Shown here in pieces: positions 39,600-49,284 of a stretch of 64,000 bases of DNA. A program made the position numbers and the translations under genes. The DNA is taken from positions 7,040,001-7,104,000 of the forward strand of contig CBDCXR010000004.1 in the NCBI GenBank assembly GCA_965223845.1, read 5' to 3'. Every line of letters begins with the position of its first letter. The first letter of the stretch is position 1. The DNA comes from Planctomycetota bacterium (GTDB taxonomy: Bacteria > Planctomycetota > UBA8108 > SXIK01). A model generated the notes under the pieces. It saw nothing but the letters and a program-made list of their open reading frames with translations, did no database searches and was not told the origin of the DNA.

Positions 39600-42383
39600 A
39601 TGGCGCAGCTCGTTTGGAAACAGTCAGGCGGCGAGTCGAAGACCTTCGCGCTCAGCGATTCGACCGTGCTCGGCCGAGGCTCGACCGCCGATTTCGCATT
39701 GCCCGATTCGAGCGTGTCGCGGCAGCACGCACGCATCGAGCAGCGCGAGAGCGACTACTTCATCCTCGATCTCGGTAGCCGCAACGGGACGCGCGTCAAC
39801 GGTGGATTGATCGCGTGCGAGACGCGCCTTAGCACCGGGGACCGGATCGATCTCGGAGATCTATCGCTCGAATTCGTCCTCGGACCCGGGACGGACTCGT
39901 TGACACGTGGTTCTCTCGGCACGGAGCCGCTCAGCGGGCTCGTCGCGGCGTCGCTCAAAGAGCGCGAGAAAGACGAGAAACCAGCGAGTTCCGAGCGGCG
40001 GGAGTCGCTTCCGCGCCGCCTCGGCAAGTTCTATCTTCTCGAGCGACTCGGGCAGGGCGGTATGGGGACGGTGTACCGCGCGATCGATCTCGACTCGAAT
40101 CAGCAGGTCGCGGTCAAGTTCATCCGAACGAACATCGGACGACGCGAAGCTTTTCTCGACTTCTTTCACAATCGGGAAGCCGTGCTCGCTCGTGAGATCA
40201 ACCATCCGAACGTCATCCAGATCTACGAGTACGGCGTCGACGGGCCGCGCCACTTCATCGCGATGGAGTACGTCTCGGGTGAGAACCTGTTTCACGCCCT
40301 CCGCCGTGGACCGTTCCAGCCGCTCGAAGTCGTCGAGGTCCTTCGCCAAATCGCCTGCGGACTCGCTGCCGCGCATCGCCAAGGAGTCGTTCACAGCGAC
40401 ATCAAGCCGGCGAATGTTCTTCTCGCGATCGGAGAGGCCGCGCCGGACGGCGAGGTGGGGAAGTTCGAAGATGTTCGCTACGAGCGGGTGGAGGAGGCGG
40501 ACGGTCTCCTCGAGTTCGGCGACTCGGAAAAGTCGGCGACTGCCGCGCCTCTCAGTCAACGCTACGACGCGGGTGTCCTCGAGGAGGTCCGCCGCCGGCT
40601 CGGCGGCGTCGACGGCGAGACGTTCGTCGATCCGCCGTATTTCGAGCGGCGCGCGGAGGCGCAGTTCCTCGAGCACTATCTCGAGCGGTCGGCTGAAGGG
40701 AGAGGGTACATCCTCGTCGTCGGCGGCGACGCCGGCAGCGGCAAGGATCGACTCGTCAGTCACGTCCTCGAGAAGCTCGAGACCGCGAGCGAGCGGGAGG
40801 ACGGCGCACCGATTCACTACGAGCTCGACTGCTCTCGCGTCGAAGGGCTGCCACGATTGTTCGAGCAGGTCTTCGGGACGGCTCCGCGCGCGTCCGACGG
40901 GGCGAAGGACGTGGCGCGCGCGATGGCGGAATCACTCGTCGATCACTTCAGCTCCGTGCGCACTCACGTCGTCCTCCGCCTCCTCGATCTCGGTGGCGCG
41001 TCTCCCTTCGTCGTCGAGTTCATTCGCCAACTCGCGATCGCGGCGGCGAATCTTCCCGTGACGACCATCGGTACGGTGAATCCAGAGGAGATCCGTACGA
41101 ACGGAAGTCTGAAGCCGATTCTCGACGGGCTGGGCGTCACCGCGAAGGAACTCTACCTGCGCCCTCTCACCGAATATCAGATCCAGCGCTATCTTCACCA
41201 GACGTTTCGGAACGCGCTCCCCGACGACCGACTCGCCGCGGACCTCTACCGGCTGAGCGGGGGAAACTTCTCCCGCCTCCTCGATCTCGTGCGCAGCTTC
41301 TTCGACCGCGGCGTGCTCCGCCTCGATCCGCGCTCCGGTCGACTCAGCTATCGACCGAGAGCACAAGAGTTCGAGCTCGAGGAGGGAAAGAATCTCTACG
41401 AGAAGTACCGAGCTCTCGGGCGCGTCGAGCAGCGCGTCCTCGAACACGCCGCGTTCATCGGACCGCGATTCTTGTTCGAAACGCTCCACCGCTTCGACAA
41501 GGTCGACGAGACCGCGCTCTTTTTCATCGTGCGGACGCTCCTCGCCGAGGGTTTCTTCGTCGAGGAAAGCCGCGACTGGTACGGTTTCACGAATCTCGCG
41601 TTTCAATCGTATATGGCGGACAAGGTCCCGAAGTCCGAACGTCCGCACTTCCATCGCACCGTGTCTCGTCTGCTGCAATCGGTCGCCCTCGCGGATTCAC
41701 CCGAGCTCGCGCAGCTCCGCGCGCGGCATTTCGAGGGCTGCCGCGAGGAGCCCCGTGCCGTGCAGGCACTCCTCGAAGGAGCCCACCTCGCCCGGACCCA
41801 GTACAAGCTCGAACTCTACCGCGCGATGATCCAGGACGTCCTCCGCATCTACCGCGGGCTGGCGAATCTGGAGAGCCGGCGAAAGGGCGTTGTCGCGGCG
41901 CTTCGCGCTTGGTTCAAGCGCGACGGGAATTGGTATGAGGTGCTCGGTGAGCTCGCGAGCCAGCCGGTCGTCGCGCGCGCGAAAATCGCCGACTTCGGGA
42001 TTTCGTTTCGCGTGCGCGATGAGGCGAAGGGGTTTCACGTCGACCGTCGTCCGGTGCTCGGGACTCCGCGGTACCTCGCGCCGGAGCGCGCGAGGGGCGA
42101 CGCGGGTGGACCGAAGGCCGACATCTTCTCGCTCGGCATCATCGCGTACGAAATGGTCACCGGGAATCCGCCGTTTCCGAATCTCAAGGGGCGCGAAGCC
42201 ATCCAGGCGAACGCGACGCGGAAGATCGTCTGTCCCGAGGAGCAGCTCGCGCCCTATCCACCCGCGATGAGGGACTTGCTCGCAGGCATGGTCGAGCGGG
42301 ATCCCGAGCGGCGCTGGGACGCGGAGCGCGTTCTCCGCGCGATCACCGAGATCGAGTGCGACTTTCAGCGACGCCCGCGCTGA
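39600..42383 (+). CDS. FHA-domain Ser/Thr protein kinase with a STAND-like NTPase module inserted in the kinase domain
   Basis: FHA (GR, SRQH, SRNGT); kinase GQGGMGTV, VAVK, HPNV, HSDIKPAN, then a ~510-aa insert, then DFG, GTPRYLAPE, DIFSLG, PERR. Confidence 0.9.
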   Translation: MAQLVWKQSGGESKTFALSDSTVLGRGSTADFALPDSSVSRQHARIEQRESDYFILDLGSRNGTRVNGGLIACETRLSTGDRIDLGDLSLEFVLGPGTDSLTRGSLGTEPLSGLVAASLKEREKDEKPASSERRESLPRRLGKFYLLERLGQGGMGTVYRAIDLDSNQQVAVKFIRTNIGRREAFLDFFHNREAVLAREINHPNVIQIYEYGVDGPRHFIAMEYVSGENLFHALRRGPFQPLEVVEVLRQIACGLAAAHRQGVVHSDIKPANVLLAIGEAAPDGEVGKFEDVRYERVEEADGLLEFGDSEKSATAAPLSQRYDAGVLEEVRRRLGGVDGETFVDPPYFERRAEAQFLEHYLERSAEGRGYILVVGGDAGSGKDRLVSHVLEKLETASEREDGAPIHYELDCSRVEGLPRLFEQVFGTAPRASDGAKDVARAMAESLVDHFSSVRTHVVLRLLDLGGASPFVVEFIRQLAIAAANLPVTTIGTVNPEEIRTNGSLKPILDGLGVTAKELYLRPLTEYQIQRYLHQTFRNALPDDRLAADLYRLSGGNFSRLLDLVRSFFDRGVLRLDPRSGRLSYRPRAQEFELEEGKNLYEKYRALGRVEQRVLEHAAFIGPRFLFETLHRFDKVDETALFFIVRTLLAEGFFVEESRDWYGFTNLAFQSYMADKVPKSERPHFHRTVSRLLQSVALADSPELAQLRARHFEGCREEPRAVQALLEGAHLARTQYKLELYRAMIQDVLRIYRGLANLESRRKGVVAALRAWFKRDGNWYEVLGELASQPVVARAKIADFGISFRVRDEAKGFHVDRRPVLGTPRYLAPERARGDAGGPKADIFSLGIIAYEMVTGNPPFPNLKGREAIQANATRKIVCPEEQLAPYPPAMRDLLAGMVERDPERRWDAERVLRAITEIECDFQRRPR

Positions 42384-42407
42384 TGCCCAGCGGCCGGCGG
42401 CCTCGGG

Positions 42408-42436
42408 TTGTCAACGCGAACACTCGTCTCTACACT
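42408..42436 (+). promoter_or_regulatory. sigma-70-type promoter for mutS
   Basis: TTGTCA-N17-TACACT ending ~35 nt upstream of ATG 42471. Confidence 0.55.
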
Positions 42437-42470
42437 ACGCAGCCGGTATCACCGTCGAATCGGAGATCTC

Positions 42471-45104
42471 ATGATTCGCGAAGTGGACAATCCGGCGCTC
42501 CAGACGCCCATGATGCGCCAGTACATGGCGATGAAGAAGAGGCATCCGCGCGAGATCCTCTTCTTCCGCATGGGCGACTTCTACGAGATGTTCTTCGACG
42601 ACGCCAAAGAGGCGTCGCAGATCCTGGGTCTCACGCTCACGTCTAGATCGAAGGACAAGCACGCCATCCCGATGGCGGGCATCCCGGTGCGCGCAGTCGA
42701 TTCGTACGTGCCGAAGCTCCTCCGTGCCGGCCGGCGAATCGCGATTTGCGAGCAAACGCAGGATCCCAAGGAGGCGAAGGGCATCGTCGACCGCGACGTC
42801 GTCCGCGTCATTTCGCCGGGAACGGTGACGGACGAGAACTTGGTCGGCGAGAAGTCGAACAACTTCATCGCCTCGATCGTCGTCGCGAAGGACGGATACG
42901 GCCTCGCGTGGCTCGACGTGACGACGGGAGAGTTCGTTGTCTGGGAGACGACCGCTCTCGATGCGCTCCTCGCGCAGCTTTCACGCGTCGATCCAGCCGA
43001 AGTTCTTCTCGCCGAGAGCGCCGCGTTCGATGGGGAGCGCTGTCCGCCGCTCCGCGACTTTCTACGTGGACTCGTCTCGACGCCGTATCCCGATCCCCTG
43101 TTCGATCACGACACGGCCCATCGTGCGCTCACCGAGCAGTTTGGAACCCAGTCGCTCGACGGCTTCGGCTGCGAGCACCTGAAACTCGCGACTCGCGCGG
43201 GCGGAGCCCTTACGAGCTACGTGAAGGACGCTCAGCGCGGTTCGCTCGAGCACGTCACGAAGATCACGCCACATCGCCATTCGCGCTACGTGCCGATCGA
43301 CCGCGCGACGCGCCGCGCGCTGGAGCTCACTGAGGGATTTCGCGACGGCGAAACGTCGACGACGCTCATCGGTTGCTTCGATCGCACGGCGACGTCTCTC
43401 GGGGCACGACTCCTTCGCGGCTGGCTGTTGATGCCGCTCACCGATCCGGCGGAGATCGCGCGCCGTCAGGACGCGGTCGGCGAGTGGGTCGACGCCGCTG
43501 AGAAGCGCGTCGCCGTGATCGAAATCCTCCGACAGATTCACGACCTCGAGCGACTCTCCACTCGCCTCAGCTACCGCAGTGCGAACGCGCGCGATCTCGT
43601 CGGCCTTCGCCGCACGCTCGAGATCCTTCCTTCGCTTCGCGCGCAGCTCGCCGACAGCCGTTCGGCCTACTACCGCGACCTCGCCGCGAAACTCGAATCG
43701 CCGCCCGGCCTGGCCGAGGAGATCGCGGCGGCGATCGTCGATGATCCTCCTCTCGCCGTGAAGGAGGGAGGAATGGTCCGGCGCGGGTACGACGCGGAGC
43801 TCGACGAGACGCTCAGCATCGCCGCCGAGGGCACCGAGTGGATCGCACGCTTCCAGCAGGAGGAGATCCGGCGCACGGGAATCCCGTCGCTCAAGGTGAG
43901 CTACAACAAGGTCTTCGGATACTACATCGAAGTCACGAATCCACATCGCGACAAGGTTCCGGACGACTACGTTCGCAAGCAAACTCTGAAGAACTGCGAG
44001 CGCTTCGTCACCGCCGACCTGAAGGAGTACGAGACGAAGGTCCTCAATGCGAAGGACAACGCGATCGACCGCGAGTACTCGATCTTCTGCGCGTTGCGCG
44101 ATCGGGCGCTCGAGCACGTCGGTGCGCTTCAGGAGATTGCGCACGCGGTCGCGCAGTGCGATGTGCTCGCCACCTTTGCCCGCCTCGCCGACGAGCGGGG
44201 CTACGTTCGACCGACGGTCGACGACGGCTCTCGTCTCGACATCGAGGACGGCCGCCATCCGGTCGTCGAAACGTTTCAGGAGACGGGCGGCTTTGTTCCA
44301 AACTCGATCGCACTCGAGCCCGGCTCCGACATCATGATCATCACCGGACCGAATATGGCCGGGAAATCGACGTACATCCGGCAAGTCGCACTGCTCACGC
44401 TCCTCGCGCAGACGGGCAGCTTCATCCCCGCAAGGCGCGCGCACATCGGTGCGGTCGATTGCATCTACACTCGCGTCGGGGCCGCTGACGATCTCGCCCG
44501 CGGACAATCGACGTTCATGGTCGAGATGGCGGAGACCGCGAACATCCTCAACAACGCAACCGAGAGAAGTCTGATCATCCTAGACGAAGTCGGCCGCGGA
44601 ACGAGCACCTTCGACGGAGTGAGCCTCGCCTGGGCGATCACTGAATACGTCGCGGAGCACGTCGGCTGTCGAACGCTTTTCGCGACGCACTACCACGAGC
44701 TTACGGCGCTCACGACCACGCAGCCGCGGGCGCAAAACTTCAACGTGTCGGTGAAGGAGTGGAACGACGAGATCATCTTCCTCCACAAGATCGTTCCCGG
44801 GAGTGCCGACAAGAGCTACGGCATCCACGTCGCCCGGCTCGCGGGGATCCCGAGCTCGGCGCTCGAGCGCGCGAAGGAGATCCTCTCGAATCTCGAATCG
44901 CAGGCCTTCGACCTCCACGATCAGCCGAAGCTCGCCCACAAGCACGAGCCCCGGCCGGCGACCGAGGCCGGTTCGCGACAGCTCGATTTTTTTCGCGGGC
45001 AGGACAGCGAGCTTCTCGAGGAAGTGAAGCGTCTCGATCTCGACGCGACGACGCCGCTCGAGGCGCTGCAGTTTCTCCACGATCTTCGCGATCGTTTGAC
45101 CTAA
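42471..45104 (+). CDS. mutS: DNA mismatch repair protein MutS
   Basis: TPMMRQY, FFRMGDFYEMF, GPNMAGKST, STFMVEM, DEVGRGTS, FATHYHEL, SYGI. Confidence 0.98.
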   Translation: MIREVDNPALQTPMMRQYMAMKKRHPREILFFRMGDFYEMFFDDAKEASQILGLTLTSRSKDKHAIPMAGIPVRAVDSYVPKLLRAGRRIAICEQTQDPKEAKGIVDRDVVRVISPGTVTDENLVGEKSNNFIASIVVAKDGYGLAWLDVTTGEFVVWETTALDALLAQLSRVDPAEVLLAESAAFDGERCPPLRDFLRGLVSTPYPDPLFDHDTAHRALTEQFGTQSLDGFGCEHLKLATRAGGALTSYVKDAQRGSLEHVTKITPHRHSRYVPIDRATRRALELTEGFRDGETSTTLIGCFDRTATSLGARLLRGWLLMPLTDPAEIARRQDAVGEWVDAAEKRVAVIEILRQIHDLERLSTRLSYRSANARDLVGLRRTLEILPSLRAQLADSRSAYYRDLAAKLESPPGLAEEIAAAIVDDPPLAVKEGGMVRRGYDAELDETLSIAAEGTEWIARFQQEEIRRTGIPSLKVSYNKVFGYYIEVTNPHRDKVPDDYVRKQTLKNCERFVTADLKEYETKVLNAKDNAIDREYSIFCALRDRALEHVGALQEIAHAVAQCDVLATFARLADERGYVRPTVDDGSRLDIEDGRHPVVETFQETGGFVPNSIALEPGSDIMIITGPNMAGKSTYIRQVALLTLLAQTGSFIPARRAHIGAVDCIYTRVGAADDLARGQSTFMVEMAETANILNNATERSLIILDEVGRGTSTFDGVSLAWAITEYVAEHVGCRTLFATHYHELTALTTTQPRAQNFNVSVKEWNDEIIFLHKIVPGSADKSYGIHVARLAGIPSSALERAKEILSNLESQAFDLHDQPKLAHKHEPRPATEAGSRQLDFFRGQDSELLEEVKRLDLDATTPLEALQFLHDLRDRLT

Positions 45105-45134
45105 CCGCGCTGCGAGTCTCGCCCCGGCCGGAGC

Positions 45135-45782
45135 TTACTCTGCGGGCGTCTCGTCGGGCGAGGTCTCCTCGCCGTCGGAATCACCCCCGTCGAGACTCTC
45201 GAAGATGGAATCCCAAGTCGAGTCGAGCTCTTGCATGAGATCCTTCTCGTCGCCGCTGAAGAGCACGTTCGGTGCGACCTCCGCATCGGGGTCGGCGGCG
45301 GGGACGACGCTCGCCGTGCGCGTTCGACGGAGCTCCTCCGGCAGCGGCACGAGCGTCTCGAGCTTCTTCGTCACTTCCGACGTATAGCCGACGAAGAGGC
45401 CGGCGTTGAGACCCGTACGCGCCGGGATCTCGCCCAGCGCCTCGGCCGAGGGGACTTCCGTCACGAGGACGAGCAGTGTTCCGCCCACCTGATCGAAGGG
45501 AAGCAGGCGGTGGCGGTGGAGGTAGGCGGGATCGAACTTCTCGAGGTGACTCTCGTCGAACTCGTAGTTCTTGAGCGAGAGAAACGGCAGTTGATACTGC
45601 ACGCTGACAATCTTCGCGATGTCCGACTCGGTGACGAGTCCGATGTCCATGAGGATGTTGCCGAGGAGCTCGCCCGTCTGGCGCTGGAGCTCGAGCGCCT
45701 CGTTGAGCTGATTCTCACTGATGAGTCCCTCGTCGATCAGAATGTCTCCGATGCGACGACGGTGAGTCCTGGACGTAGCCAT
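45135..45782 (-). CDS. stand-alone MshEN/T2SSE_N domain protein (putative c-di-GMP receptor)
   Basis: RIGDILIDEGLISENQLNEALELQ then LLGNILMDIGLVTESDIAKIVSVQ; no ATPase domain; acidic tail. Confidence 0.8.
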   Translation of the reverse strand: MATSRTHRRRIGDILIDEGLISENQLNEALELQRQTGELLGNILMDIGLVTESDIAKIVSVQYQLPFLSLKNYEFDESHLEKFDPAYLHRHRLLPFDQVGGTLLVLVTEVPSAEALGEIPARTGLNAGLFVGYTSEVTKKLETLVPLPEELRRTRTASVVPAADPDAEVAPNVLFSGDEKDLMQELDSTWDSIFESLDGGDSDGEETSPDETPAE

Positions 45783-45855
45783 GGTGGGTGATCGGGCCTC
45801 GAACGGGCGGAGAAGGATCGGTGAGCGAGAATGCGGCGAGATGGCTCGCTGGTGA

Positions 45856-45885
45856 AGCGTACAACCGCGCGCGTGAAGCCGTCAA
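45856..45885 (-). promoter_or_regulatory. sigma-70-type promoter for the MshEN gene
   Basis: TTGACG-N18-TACGCT on the minus strand. Confidence 0.45.
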
Positions 45886-45960
45886 ACCGAGGGGCCGAAT
45901 CGCGCTCCGACCCGATAACTCCCCTCCCGTCTTCGGGCGGTGACCGCCGCGATCGTTCGG

Positions 45961-47808
45961 CTATTCCGGGCTCGACGACTCTTTTTCCTTCAGCGCATCG
46001 AACACTCGATCGGCGAGCGAGGCACCGATAACCTCGGCGATGTCTTCGCGACTCGCGGCGCGGATCGCACGCAGCGTGCCGAATCGCTCGAGGAGGGCGT
46101 CACGGCGCTTGCGTCCGATTCCGGGGATTCCTTCGAGCCCGGTCCTCAGAGTCGTTTTCTTCCTCAACTCGCGGTGGTAGCGCACCGCGAAGCGATGCGC
46201 CTCATCGCGGATGCGTTGGAGGAGGTGGCTCTCGTCGCTCTCGGGTGAGACCGGGAGCGGATCCTTGCGTCCGGGAACGAATACGCGCTCGGTGGTCCCT
46301 TTGTGCCGCCGCTCCTTCGCGAGAGACGCCACGGCGACCACGCCGCGGAGACCGGCATCCTCGAGCACCTGGACGGCGACGCCGAGCTGCCCTTTGCCGC
46401 CGTCGATGACGACGAGGTCCGGCAGCTCGCCCGATTCCGCGCCGCCGCGAAACCGGCGCCCGAGAACTTCCCGCATGCATTCGAAGTCGTTCGCCCCGAC
46501 TACCGTTTGGATGCGGAACTTCCGGTAGCGATCCTTCGCGGCTCGACCGTCCTCGAAGCAGACCATCGAGCCGACCGCGAGAGAACCTTGGAAGTTCGAA
46601 ATGTCGTAGCACTCGATCCGGCGCGGAACGCGAGCGAGATCGAGCTTCACCCGGAGCGATTCGAGGAGGCCCTCGAGTCGCTCGGCGTCCGAGCGTGCGA
46701 GCGCGAATGCGTTGCGGCAGTTCTTTTCCGCCATCTCGACCAGCCGCCGCTTCTCTCCGCGCTGAGGAACGAGAATGCTCGTCTTTCGTCCCTTTCTTTC
46801 GCGCAGCCAGCTTTCGAGTGTTTCACGATCATCGAAGTCTCGGTCGCACAGGATCTCCGGCGGGATGTAGCGCTCGGCCGTGTAGTACTGCGTGAGGAAG
46901 CTCGCGATCACGTCCTCGAGCTCGAGCGAAGTCCGGAAGGTGTGGCAGTGCGTGTTCACGATGCGCCCCTCGCGAACGAGGATCTCCTGCACCGCTACCG
47001 TCTCCTGCTCGCGCACACAGGAAAAAATGTCTCGATCGCCGCGACCCCACTCCTGTGCTTTCTGATCTTCGAACACCTTCTCGATCGCCCGTATCTGGTC
47101 TCGATAGCGGGCGGCGAGCTCGTACTCCTTCGCCTCGGATGCGCGAATCATTTTCTGTTCGATGAGAGAGATCAGCTCGCGGTTCTTTCCGCGGAGAAAA
47201 AGGATGACTTCGTCGACGTCCTTTTGATAGGCGACACGCGTGATGAGATCGACGCAGGGCGCCGTGCAGCGACCGATCTCGTACTCGATGCACGGGCGCG
47301 TTCGGTTGCGGAAGAAACCGTTCGTACAGGTTCGGAGCGGGAAGATCTTCTTGACCACTCGAAGCATCTCGCGCACCGACCGCGCCGAGCCGAAGGGGCC
47401 GAAGTAGAGATTGCCGTCATCGCGGTAGCGGCGTGTGACGAGCACGCGAGGCCAGTCCTCCGTGATCGTCACCTTGACGCTCACGTAGGACTTGTCGTCC
47501 TTGAGCCGCACGTTGTAGACGGGCCGATGTTTCTTGATCAGATTGTTTTCGAGAATAAGCGCTTCCGCTTCGGAGTCTGTCACGATGCAGTCGACGTCCG
47601 CGATCCTTCCGACGAGAAACCTGTAGAAGACTCTCGTGTCTGGACTGCGTGACAGGTACGAGCGGACGCGTTGGCGAAGCGAGACCGCCTTCCCGACGTA
47701 GATGATCCGGCTCGATGCGTCCTTCATGATGTAGACGCCCGGCGACGTCGGGAATCGACTCACCTTTTCGGTGAGCGCGCTCGAGTCTGGAGTTTCGCGG
47801 TTCGTCAT
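45961..47808 (-). CDS. uvrC: excinuclease ABC subunit C
   Basis: PGVY..YVGKA, EALILE.NLIK, RIECYDIS, PDLVVIDGGKGQL, RDEAHRFA, HhH GIG. Confidence 0.97.
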   Translation of the reverse strand: MTNRETPDSSALTEKVSRFPTSPGVYIMKDASSRIIYVGKAVSLRQRVRSYLSRSPDTRVFYRFLVGRIADVDCIVTDSEAEALILENNLIKKHRPVYNVRLKDDKSYVSVKVTITEDWPRVLVTRRYRDDGNLYFGPFGSARSVREMLRVVKKIFPLRTCTNGFFRNRTRPCIEYEIGRCTAPCVDLITRVAYQKDVDEVILFLRGKNRELISLIEQKMIRASEAKEYELAARYRDQIRAIEKVFEDQKAQEWGRGDRDIFSCVREQETVAVQEILVREGRIVNTHCHTFRTSLELEDVIASFLTQYYTAERYIPPEILCDRDFDDRETLESWLRERKGRKTSILVPQRGEKRRLVEMAEKNCRNAFALARSDAERLEGLLESLRVKLDLARVPRRIECYDISNFQGSLAVGSMVCFEDGRAAKDRYRKFRIQTVVGANDFECMREVLGRRFRGGAESGELPDLVVIDGGKGQLGVAVQVLEDAGLRGVVAVASLAKERRHKGTTERVFVPGRKDPLPVSPESDESHLLQRIRDEAHRFAVRYHRELRKKTTLRTGLEGIPGIGRKRRDALLERFGTLRAIRAASREDIAEVIGASLADRVFDALKEKESSSPE

Positions 47809-48178
47809 CGCTAGGTCGCCTCGGCCGGAGCTACGAACTCGTCCTCGGTTCCGTCGAGCCTCATTCGTCTCTTGGTCGGGTGCGTGGAACGCGAGTCGAA
47901 CGGAACGGTACGGTAGCAGGCAAGCTGCGATCGCCCGACTTCAACGTCCGTTCCGCCTCGACGCCAAGCTACGAGTCTACCCGAACGCGCGTAGCGGCAG
48001 CGGTCCGCGAGCGACTTCGCATCGCTTTGTATCGGGGACTCCCTGAGTCTCGTCGGCACTCCGATCCGCCTATCCTGGAACCCGGGGTGGGTGCTTCGCC
48101 TCGTCTGATCGTCGGCGACCGCTGACAGCGGGCTGCGCCGGTCGAGCCCGATGTTCTTCTTTCGGAGGATTCTCAGCT

Positions 48179-48478
48179 ATGGATCAAGCGATCGCGTGGA
48201 TCGTTCGCATCGTAGGCGGTGCCGTCGGCGGCAACGTCGCGGGCGGGCTGCTCAAGGGGTTCAGTCTCGGCAAGGTGTGGAACTCGATTATCGGCGTCCT
48301 CGGCGGCGGGCTCGGCGGGGAGCTCCTCTCGCGGCTCGGCATCGCCGCCGCGCCTTCCGGTGAGCTCGATCTCACGTCCGTGCTCGCGAATCTCGGCTCG
48401 TCCGTAGCCGGCGGCGGCGTTGTCCTCACCGTGATCGGCGCGATCAAGAAGGTGATCGGAGGCGGCGGCGGAAAGTAG
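48179..48478 (+). CDS. small glycine-zipper membrane protein
   Basis: GGAVGGNVAG, GVLGGGLGG, GSSVAGGG GxxxG repeats; GGAGG RBS. Confidence 0.75.
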   Translation: MDQAIAWIVRIVGGAVGGNVAGGLLKGFSLGKVWNSIIGVLGGGLGGELLSRLGIAAAPSGELDLTSVLANLGSSVAGGGVVLTVIGAIKKVIGGGGGK

Positions 48479-48530
48479 CCGCCGTTCAGTCGGCCGGTGT
48501 TCGGCGACCCGCTGGAGATACGCAGCCGAT

Positions 48531-49172
48531 CTACTCGGCGCGGCTGTACTCGAGGTAGTAGATCGGCTGCCCGCGGGCGAGGAACTTCTGCTCGAACGGC
48601 GTCGAATGCGGCGCGAACGGGCTCGAAGCGAACTCACCGGGACCCGACAGATTGACGAGGCCCGGCGTCGCGTCCAGAACCTCGAGCATCTGAGCGGCGT
48701 ACTCCCCCGAATCCGTACGGAGCGAGATTCCGCCGCCGACGCGGAGGAGGCGTCGCATCTGCGTCGTGTTCTTCGGCTGAACGAGACGATGCTTCGCGTG
48801 ACGCCGTTTCGGCCACGGGTCGGGATGGTTCACGTAGAAATGGTCGACCGAATCCGGCGCGAAGAGCTCGTGGAGTGCCCGCCGCGCGTCTTCGGCGAGC
48901 ATGCGGATCTGTTCGAGCTCCGCGGCGTGCACGCGCTTCAAGAACTTGAGCACGCGCCGCATGCAGTACTCGAAACCGAGGTAGTTGTAGCTAGGAGCCC
49001 GCTCGGCGACGCGGATGAGAAAATCGGAGTTTCCGACCCCGATCTCGACGCGAAGAGGGTACGGCGCACCGTACACTTCGGCCCAATCGACGGGCCCGTC
49101 CGCTTTCGTACGCGGTAGAGCGGCGAAATCGAGGAGATGCTCGGTCCGGACTCGTTTGATCCGTCGTGCCAT
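48531..49172 (-). CDS. trmB: tRNA (guanine-N7)-methyltransferase
   Basis: VEIGVGN, HPDPWPKRRHAKHRL, RTD..Y, TPFE. Confidence 0.9.
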   Translation of the reverse strand: MARRIKRVRTEHLLDFAALPRTKADGPVDWAEVYGAPYPLRVEIGVGNSDFLIRVAERAPSYNYLGFEYCMRRVLKFLKRVHAAELEQIRMLAEDARRALHELFAPDSVDHFYVNHPDPWPKRRHAKHRLVQPKNTTQMRRLLRVGGGISLRTDSGEYAAQMLEVLDATPGLVNLSGPGEFASSPFAPHSTPFEQKFLARGQPIYYLEYSRAE

Positions 49173-49284
49173 GTGGAGTTTCGCGAAGCGAACGGCGAAT
49201 CCAGCCCGTCGACGCCAGCGGGCGCGGCGCCGTGGGTCGGCGGCTGCGATCCGGGCGACTGCGATCCGATACTCGCCGGCCGGC

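Noticed and set aside
40430-41980. Kinase insert as an intein or group II intron
   Set aside because: No N-terminal Cys/Ser splice block, no C-terminal His-Asn, and no LAGLIDADG or RT motifs; the insert has P-loop/STAND features instead.
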